Shown one piece after another: positions 17,796-23,578 of a DNA stretch of 23,578 nt. The stretch comes from a bacterium (GTDB lineage Bacteria; Zhuqueibacterota; Zhuqueibacteria; Oceanimicrobiales; Oceanimicrobiaceae). The translations under genes and the position numbers were made by a program. The stretch is taken from contig JBHHXN010000076.1 of the NCBI GenBank assembly GCA_046757025.1, positions 1-23,578 on the forward strand, given 5' to 3'. Numbering within the stretch: the stretch's first letter is position 1; each line of letters opens with the position of its first letter. The notes under the pieces were generated by a model. The model had not been told where the DNA came from, ran no database searches, and worked only from the letters and a program-made list of their open reading frames with translations.

Positions 17796-19061
17796 ATGAC
17801 GACCTCTGACAAACTGATCACCCGGCAGCTCATCCTGAACTGGAGCACACGGGTGTTGTTCTTTTTGAGCCTGTCTTCGCTTTTACCCACCCTACCGAAT
17901 TATCTCATCGACATTGGGGGCAACAAATCGCAAGTGGGCATGGTCATGAGCGCTTTTGCGTTGGGGGTGCTGCTGTTCCGACCGCTCATCGGCAGACAAA
18001 TCGACTCGGTAGGCCGTAAAATCGTGTTGATCATCGGCATTCTCATTTTTGTCATTTCACCGCTGCTTTATCTGTTTATCCAATCCATCGCAACGCTGAT
18101 CCCCATCCGCATTTTTCACGGTTTGGGCCTGGCGGCGTTTGGTACCGCCTCCATCACCCTCATCACCGACGCGGCGCCGGTTAAAAAACGCGGCGAAGTC
18201 ATCAGCTACACCGGCATGGTAAACACCGTTGCGTTTTCCCTGGGCCCCATTCTGGGCAGCATTATCGATGAACTATGGGGCTATCAGGTTCTGTTCGGCA
18301 CCGTGTCCGTCCTGGGGTTCGTTTGCCTATTGTGTGCGTTTTTTCTCCATGAGACCAAAAGCCATACTACCGCTAAAACCAGAATCAGTTATGCTAAAGC
18401 CATTTTGCAGCGGCGCATCATCCTCTCTTTTGTCATCTTTTTTTTAATCGCCATGACCCACGGGGGGGTGATTTTCTTCATCCCGATTTTTTTGAAGGAA
18501 TACATCCCCGTAAACATCGGATTGTTTTTTGCTGTGTTTGGAACTTCTACCCTGCTGATTCGCATTTTTGTGGGGAAGGTTTCGGACCGCTGGGGGCGCG
18601 GTCCTTTGATCGTGTTTGCGCTGCTCTTCCTGACCCTGGGCGTGTTCCTGCTCAGTCAGGCCACCAATCTCATCATGCTCTTTACCGCCGCGGTACTCTA
18701 CGGACTTGGATTCGGCGCCCAACAACCCACTTTAACCGCGCTGGTAGCAGATAGCACTACTAACGAAACCCGCGGTAAGATTTTCTCCTTCTACTACGGC
18801 GGCTTTGACCTGGGCATTTCCATCACGGGTCTGCTCCTTGGTGCCGTTGCCGAAACTTTTGGTCTGAACGCCATGTTTTTCGTTTGCAGCGGACTCACCC
18901 TAACGGCTTTTGTCATCTTCATCGCTTTCTTCGAAACGAGCATTTCGCAATCTCTGCGGTGTGCATTTAATCTGCAGGAACCGGGCAAACCTTACTACCT
19001 CTGCGACGATCTCATGGAAGTGCCCCCGGAACAGGTTGAAGAGTATTTTAAAAATACGTGA
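17796..19061 (+). CDS. Major facilitator superfamily transporter
   Basis: About 12 hydrophobic segments; motif A in both halves (GRQIDSVGRK, GKVSDRWGRG); motif B RIFHGLG; about 40-aa soluble C-terminal tail. Confidence 0.95.
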   Translation: MTTSDKLITRQLILNWSTRVLFFLSLSSLLPTLPNYLIDIGGNKSQVGMVMSAFALGVLLFRPLIGRQIDSVGRKIVLIIGILIFVISPLLYLFIQSIATLIPIRIFHGLGLAAFGTASITLITDAAPVKKRGEVISYTGMVNTVAFSLGPILGSIIDELWGYQVLFGTVSVLGFVCLLCAFFLHETKSHTTAKTRISYAKAILQRRIILSFVIFFLIAMTHGGVIFFIPIFLKEYIPVNIGLFFAVFGTSTLLIRIFVGKVSDRWGRGPLIVFALLFLTLGVFLLSQATNLIMLFTAAVLYGLGFGAQQPTLTALVADSTTNETRGKIFSFYYGGFDLGISITGLLLGAVAETFGLNAMFFVCSGLTLTAFVIFIAFFETSISQSLRCAFNLQEPGKPYYLCDDLMEVPPEQVEEYFKNT

Positions 19062-19138
19062 ACAAAAAAACCTCACTGAAAATATGAATTATAGTATTAC
19101 TTCAGAACTTTTGCATTTTTTTTCCAAGAAAAAAAAAT

Positions 19139-19241
19139 CGAAAACCGGAAACCGAAATTCGTCATCTATAGATTTTGAAATAGACAAGCCAACTCTGGAA
19201 TTCCTTTTTGCGAATTTCGCTTTTCGGTTTGTGGCTTTTCG
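19139..19241. repeat. Imperfect inverted repeat built from degenerate CGAAAAC/CGAAATT heptamers
   Basis: CGAAAACCGGAAACCGAAATTCGTCA (19139-19164) versus TGCGAATTTCGCTTTTCGGTTTGTGGCTTTTCG (19209-19241). Confidence 0.6.
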
Positions 19242-19440
19242 CTGCATTAGGAATTATAAATTCTGCGTTTAGATTGCCATCATTCGCTTAAGTTATTCTT
19301 GCGCTGTTTCGATTCTCAAATAGCTTTAAATCTTAATTCCAGGTTGTAATTCATTAATGTAATGCCGGTAATTATTCCACGATTCGAAATAACATAGCTG
19401 GCGGCAGTTTATGTTTTGTAAAAATATTGATCACGGGAGA

Positions 19441-19459
19441 TTGTATTGAGTCAATTCAA
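19441..19459. promoter_or_regulatory. Near-perfect palindrome; candidate upstream activator site for a sigma54 enhancer-binding protein
   Basis: TTGTATTGAGTCAATTCAA, about 110-125 nt upstream of the predicted sigma54 start site. Confidence 0.4.
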
Positions 19460-19540
19460 ATAATAACATAAAATTAGCACGCAAACAGATAAGGTGCCAG
19501 GTTTCCTCAAAATGTTAAATGAATTATATTTTTGCGGTAT

Positions 19541-19556
19541 CGGTACAGGAGTTGCA
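19541..19556 (+). promoter_or_regulatory. Sigma54 (RpoN) -24/-12 promoter
   Basis: CGGTACAGGAGTTGCA versus consensus TGGCAC-N5-TTGCW, with exact GG-N10-GC spacing (GG 19542-19543, GC 19554-19555). Confidence 0.6.
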
Positions 19557-19611
19557 GAGAGACTGATTAACGATTCATTTTAGAACAAACTAAATCAGGG
19601 AGGATCTGCCC

Positions 19612-19716
19612 ATGCAACGGTCACAAAAAAAACAAAGCAATTTTATGGTAATCGCCTTCCTCGTTTCCTTTGTTTATTTACTCATTATTTACCTGATGGA
19701 CAAAACGTTAATTTAA
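19612..19716 (+). CDS. 34-aa single-transmembrane small protein MQRSQKKQSNFMVIAFLVSFVYLLIIYLMDKTLI (not in ORF track)
   Basis: SD GGGAGG (19598-19603) 8 nt before ATG; basic N-terminus followed by 19 uncharged, mostly hydrophobic residues; flanked by a candidate promoter and a terminator. Confidence 0.7.
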   Translation: MQRSQKKQSNFMVIAFLVSFVYLLIIYLMDKTLI

Positions 19717-19772
19717 AAAACCCACTTCCCCCAAATCGCTGTCAAGTGGTACATTTCGGCAGTTTATTAACG

Positions 19773-19809
19773 AAGGCAGAGTGTTGAAGCGGCTCTGCCT
19801 TTTCTTTTT
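19773..19809 (+). terminator. Intrinsic terminator of the small-protein transcript
   Basis: AAGGCAGAG-11 nt-CTCTGCCTT followed by TTCTTTTT. Confidence 0.85.
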
Positions 19810-19937
19810 ACCTGAATTGGGTGCTAACCCCGCTTTTACTGAAGGTAAGCGGGACTTAAGCCAAATCTATTTTGTTTGATTCATTTCGAATTTTTTAAGG
19901 ACTTCCGGTTTTTATAATTCTAAATCGGGCTTTTACC

Positions 19938-19966
19938 TTGCTTTAATTCCATTCATATCTTATCTT
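19938..19966 (+). promoter_or_regulatory. Putative sigma70 promoter giving a leaderless aldo/keto reductase transcript
   Basis: TTGCTT-17 nt-TATCTT, then 6 nt to ATG 19973; pyrimidine-rich upstream with no SD. Confidence 0.6.
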
Positions 19967-19972
19967 CATTTC

Positions 19973-21508
19973 ATGGCATATCCCGAAGAAACGGAAAAAT
20001 ATTTCAATCGACTAACTCATTTGAACATTTCCGACCACTCCATTCGAGTTTTAGAAAAGACCGAATTTCGAATTCGCAGCATCGGATTTGGCGGCTATCG
20101 TGTGCACTACAACTCCATCGAACACGCCCGAGCGCTGAGATACGCGCTCTTGAACGGCATCAATCTCATCGACACTTCCAGCAACTACACCGACGGCGGC
20201 AGTGAAATGCTCATCGGCAACTTGCTGCAGGAGATGATGGAGCGCGAGGAGGTTCACCGCGAAGAAATCGTGGTCGTGTCAAAAGTCGGATATGTGCAGG
20301 GACAGAACTTGAAACTGGCCATGGAGAACGAAGCGCTCGGCACGGCGTTCCCGGAGATGGTAAAATTCCAGGAAAACTGCTGGCACTGCATCCACCCGGA
20401 TTTTTTGCAGGACCAGCTTAGTCGATCTCTGGAAAGATTGCACCTGCCCTCGCTGGACGTCTATTTGCTGCACAATCCCGAATATTTCCTTGTCCACTGC
20501 AAACAGAGTGCGGATTGGGATCTCGACTCGGCACGCCAGGAATACTACCGCCGCATTCAAACAGCTTTCGAATGGATGGAAGAAAAGGTCTCGGAAGGTA
20601 AGATCAAAAGCTACGGGATTTCTTCCAACACCTTCCCGCATCCGGCTGCCGATTTTGAATTCACCTCGCTGGAAAAGGTGCTGGCCATCGCGGAATACGT
20701 GGCCTCGCACCACTACTTTCAGGTCATTCAATTTCCTTTCAATCCTTTTGAAGCCGGTGCGGTGTTTGAAAAAAACCAGGCCGACGGGCAAAAAACGCTC
20801 TTGCAATTGGTCGGTGAAAAAAAACTCGCAGCGTTAACCAATCGCCCGTTAAATGCCGTCACTCAGGAGGGGATGATGCGGCTGGCGAGTTTTCGCGAAA
20901 CGGATGCCCGGCAATTAAAAACGGCTTTCGCGCAAAAGAAAAAAGCCTTGTCCCATTTAGAAACGCAGTTTCAATCGCAAATACTGAGCAAGTTACCCGA
21001 CGATATCCCCAAACAGAGTTTCACCCGACCTTTCACGCTCTCGAAGCAATTGCAAAACGCTTTGAAAGATTTTGAGCACTGGGAAAATTGGGATCACATC
21101 AAACAAAATATCATTCTGCCACAAACGTGGACCTATTTGAACTATTTGAACAACAAAATGCCCGAAGACGCGGCCTGGCAAAAATGGTCGGAAGCTTATG
21201 CGAATACGCTCTACGATTTTTTAGATACCATTTCCCGTCACTACGAAAATATCGCGCAGGCGCGCTCCCGGCAAATCGCAGAAAAACTCGACCGCGAAAA
21301 TTCCTTACTGCAATCTTCGGAGACGCTCTCCCAAAAAACCTTGCAGCTTTTGACGTCGGTTTCGGGCGTACAATGTGTGTTGTTAGGCATGCGCAAAATG
21401 CCGTACGTGGAAGACGCGCTGGCCGCACTGCAAAAACCTCAAATTGCTAATGCAGAAGAAATTTTAGAAAAGTTAAAGGAGAATAGTTCACCCGGATATC
21501 CATCATAA
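19973..21508 (+). CDS. Aldo/keto reductase family protein, long form with a helical insertion
   Basis: IGFGGYR, GINLIDTSSNY (D and Y), VVVSK (K), SLERL..LDVYLLH (H), GKIKSYGISSN, QFPFN and VLLGMR..YVED; 511 aa versus roughly 320 for a plain AKR barrel. Confidence 0.92.
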   Translation: MAYPEETEKYFNRLTHLNISDHSIRVLEKTEFRIRSIGFGGYRVHYNSIEHARALRYALLNGINLIDTSSNYTDGGSEMLIGNLLQEMMEREEVHREEIVVVSKVGYVQGQNLKLAMENEALGTAFPEMVKFQENCWHCIHPDFLQDQLSRSLERLHLPSLDVYLLHNPEYFLVHCKQSADWDLDSARQEYYRRIQTAFEWMEEKVSEGKIKSYGISSNTFPHPAADFEFTSLEKVLAIAEYVASHHYFQVIQFPFNPFEAGAVFEKNQADGQKTLLQLVGEKKLAALTNRPLNAVTQEGMMRLASFRETDARQLKTAFAQKKKALSHLETQFQSQILSKLPDDIPKQSFTRPFTLSKQLQNALKDFEHWENWDHIKQNIILPQTWTYLNYLNNKMPEDAAWQKWSEAYANTLYDFLDTISRHYENIAQARSRQIAEKLDRENSLLQSSETLSQKTLQLLTSVSGVQCVLLGMRKMPYVEDALAALQKPQIANAEEILEKLKENSSPGYPS

Positions 21509-21552
21509 TCAGATTAAAATTGACACGTGTTCGAACGATAACGCCGTTTTAT

Positions 21553-21693
21553 TGTCATTATGAGGAGCCCTTCGACGTTGCTCAGGATAAACTCCGCAAC
21601 GAAGAAACGATGTCCATTAACCTTTATTAATTGAAAATTTGGCTGTCAAAGATCCTTCATTCGCCAACTGGATCTGGATCGTTCAAAATGGCA
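21553..21693. repeat. Degenerate composite REP-like palindromic element
   Basis: TGTCATTATGAGGAG-CCCTTCGACGTTGCTCAGGATAAA-CTCCGCAACGAAGAA ... AGATCCTTCATTCG...GTTCAAAATGGCA; same TGTCATT...AATGACA-type ends as the cores of the MITEs. Confidence 0.65.
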
Positions 21694-21795
21694 TTTATCG
21701 TGTGTTCGTTCAGCCATCAATTAAGAAAATTCGCTGCATTTACATTTATTGAAAGATAATCGGGATTTTAACTTCACAATAATTTATTAGACACC

Positions 21796-22284
21796 ATGTT
21801 CCAAAACTTTCATCTTAGCCCAAAAGCCATGAAATATTTTAAAATGGCTTACGAATTTCAAATGGAAGGCAATCTGGAGCAGGCGATTATCCACTACAAA
21901 AAATCCCTGGAAATCGAACCTACCGCCGAAGCTTACACTTTCCTGGGCTGGACTTACAGCTTCATGGGCCGGCTGGAAGAAGCCATCGACGAGTGCCACA
22001 AAGCCATTGCCATCGATCCGGATTTTGGCAATCCGTACAACGACATCGGTGCCTACCTGCTACAAATCGGCAAATTTGACCAAGCCATCGGCTGGTTCGA
22101 AAAAGCCAAAAAAGCCAAACGCTACGAGAACCCGGAATTTGCTTACTGCAATTTGGGTCGGGTATTTGAGCTGAAATGCATGTGGCCGCAAGCCATGGAG
22201 GAATATAAAAAAGCGCTGAAAATACTCAAAGATTATACTCCAGCAAAAATCGCACTAAAAAAACTGGAGGCAAAATTGAACTGA
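21796..22284 (+). CDS. Tetratricopeptide repeat protein
   Basis: About 4 TPRs: AEAYTFLGWTYSFMGRLEEAI..AIAIDP, PYNDIGAYLLQIGKFDQAI and AYCNLGRVFE. Confidence 0.95.
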   Translation: MFQNFHLSPKAMKYFKMAYEFQMEGNLEQAIIHYKKSLEIEPTAEAYTFLGWTYSFMGRLEEAIDECHKAIAIDPDFGNPYNDIGAYLLQIGKFDQAIGWFEKAKKAKRYENPEFAYCNLGRVFELKCMWPQAMEEYKKALKILKDYTPAKIALKKLEAKLN

Positions 22285-22341
22285 GGTTGATTTTTCTGTA
22301 CATGGTACTCAAAAGTTAAATTTATGTATTGAGAATAATGT

Positions 22342-23385
22342 ATGTTCCTTAACAGAATTGACTTAAATCTTAACCGTGTCCGTGCAAGACTAGTTCACTT
22401 CATTGATCGAGTTGACGATTTCAGATGCAAGGTTATAAAGCGAGCAAGAAAGTTTGTGAACCAACGCCAGTCTCTTCGTCAAATACTCGAGGACAAGCTA
22501 TTATCATTGCTTACAACTTCTGTAAGTATCTCAGCAATCCTGATTGCTATTGATACTTTTAACGCTAAGGCTTCACTCGAGATTCAGCCAATGAGAAGCG
22601 ATCTTGAATATCACCCCGAGCTGTGGGTTGATTTCTATAAGACGTATGATATTCCAGTACCGGCTGTTGTCACAAAAATTTCGCAAAACACAAAAAATAA
22701 CAATGACTCAACCGGCTCAATTCTTGTTACAGGTTTTAAAGATATCATGGATGCACATCTTACAGGTAAAACAAAATTGCCTGATTGGTTTTTCGAAGAA
22801 CGATCTAGTGAATTAGAATCCGCAATATTCAACAAACGTTTTAAAGCTCAGGTCTACGATGGTGTAGGAGGTATGTTCATGCCACCGAAGCACTATCAGA
22901 CACTCGCAATGCGACTCAAGGGAACACTATCGCCCCCGGACTATTTTGTTTTCATTAATGCAGGCATTGAAACTAGAATCATCATAAATCGTTATTCGAT
23001 TAAGAATACCAGCGAATTAGATTTGAAGAATGTTCAAATCTTTGTAACCTCACCCGTTAGTCCGATAAGTCGAAGCCGCACTGGCAACATACTGAAAGTC
23101 GAAATAGCTCCTTACGAAGTGCACAATATCATAAAAGTCGATGAAAATCGTTATCGAATTTTGATTCCACGTTTTAAAAGAGACGATTCGATTGGTCTCA
23201 CAGTTCTTACGCGCGCAACACAGCTTGAATTAGGAGAAATTTCAGAATCTTTTGAATCAGTCAGAAGAATCAAGACTTCTAACCTTTTCTTCTTTTGGTT
23301 TGTTTCTTTTGCGACTCTTTTCTTCTTTGTATGGTTTCTTTCGAGGCAAAGTTCACCCTATAAAGCTAGTACGAAACCCAAATAA
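22342..23385 (+). CDS. Hypothetical membrane protein (two predicted TM segments flanking a large soluble domain), AT-rich
   Basis: 347-aa ORF; hydrophobic LLSLLTTSVSISAILIAI and LFFFWFVSFATLFFFVWFL; codons mostly A/T-ending, unlike neighbours. Confidence 0.75.
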   Translation: MFLNRIDLNLNRVRARLVHFIDRVDDFRCKVIKRARKFVNQRQSLRQILEDKLLSLLTTSVSISAILIAIDTFNAKASLEIQPMRSDLEYHPELWVDFYKTYDIPVPAVVTKISQNTKNNNDSTGSILVTGFKDIMDAHLTGKTKLPDWFFEERSSELESAIFNKRFKAQVYDGVGGMFMPPKHYQTLAMRLKGTLSPPDYFVFINAGIETRIIINRYSIKNTSELDLKNVQIFVTSPVSPISRSRTGNILKVEIAPYEVHNIIKVDENRYRILIPRFKRDDSIGLTVLTRATQLELGEISESFESVRRIKTSNLFFFWFVSFATLFFFVWFLSRQSSPYKASTKPK

Positions 23386-23433
23386 AGTTTTCTTGCTTTC
23401 TTATAGATTAGTTCACAAATTTATTGGAATGAT

Positions 23434-23578
23434 GTGCAGGCCATCTTAATAAGTCATTTCGGAGATCCCTCAGTACTGAAACTTCAGGAAATCGAAAATC
23501 CGCATCCTTCAGCTAACGAAATCCTGGTGAACGTGCACGCCACCGCGCTCAACCGCGCGGACCTGCTGCAGAGAATGG
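23434..23578 (+). CDS. NAD(P)H:quinone oxidoreductase (MDR superfamily, PIG3-type), 5' part only
   Basis: GTG start; MQAILISHFGDPSVLKLQEIENPHPSANEILVNVHATALNRADLLQRM...; NRADLLQR is typical of this family; runs off the window. Confidence 0.9.
   Translation, partial: MQAILISHFGDPSVLKLQEIENPHPSANEILVNVHATALNRADLLQRM

Noticed and set aside
18910..19272. 120-aa ORF overlapping the MFS 3' end
   Set aside because: It runs through homopolymer tracts and the heptamer palindrome, with no SD or motif.
19829..19853. Hairpin CCCGCTT...AAGCGGG after the small-ORF terminator
   Set aside because: No U tract on either strand and a single copy in the window, so it cannot be assigned; possibly a REP remnant.
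20370..20400. CWHCIH in the AKR considered as a c-type heme motif
   Set aside because: It is CxxCxH, not CxxCH, and the protein is cytoplasmic with no signal peptide.
26..21450. Numerous short ORFs in the track that are antisense or out of frame within identified genes
   Set aside because: They are shadow frames of well-supported housekeeping genes with no independent evidence.

Overview
A 23.6-kb bacterial chromosome segment made mostly of housekeeping genes. Gene content and order suggest an FCB-group organism such as KSB1/Calditrichota (inference only). Minus strand: a short-chain dehydrogenase that looks C-terminally interrupted at the window edge, a split transhydrogenase operon (pntA1-pntA2-pntB), mutY-clpS, a hypothetical protein, sfsA, and an envC-like M23 gene-holB-ricT(PSP1)-metG-tatD-rsmA-mgtE-recO cluster. 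Plus strand: greA, an MFS transporter, a long aldo/keto reductase, a TPR protein, an AT-rich two-TM hypothetical, and the start of a quinone oxidoreductase. The most interesting signals are intergenic and absent from the ORF track. (1) A candidate stand-alone transcription unit has an upstream palindrome, a sigma54-type -24/-12 promoter, a strong SD, a 34-aa single-TM peptide and an intrinsic terminator (19441-19809). (2) Two related ~160-bp MITEs sit at mirror-image GCTTCAG sites in the two arms of one pre-existing inverted repeat, each with a 4-bp TSD (8034-8415). (3) A 143-bp MITE with perfect 18-bp TIRs and a 6-bp TSD lies in the probable pnt leader. There are also two candidate leaderless transcripts and a MutY with a nearly intact Nudix box. 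No CRISPR array, rRNA, tRNA or transposase ORF was seen.
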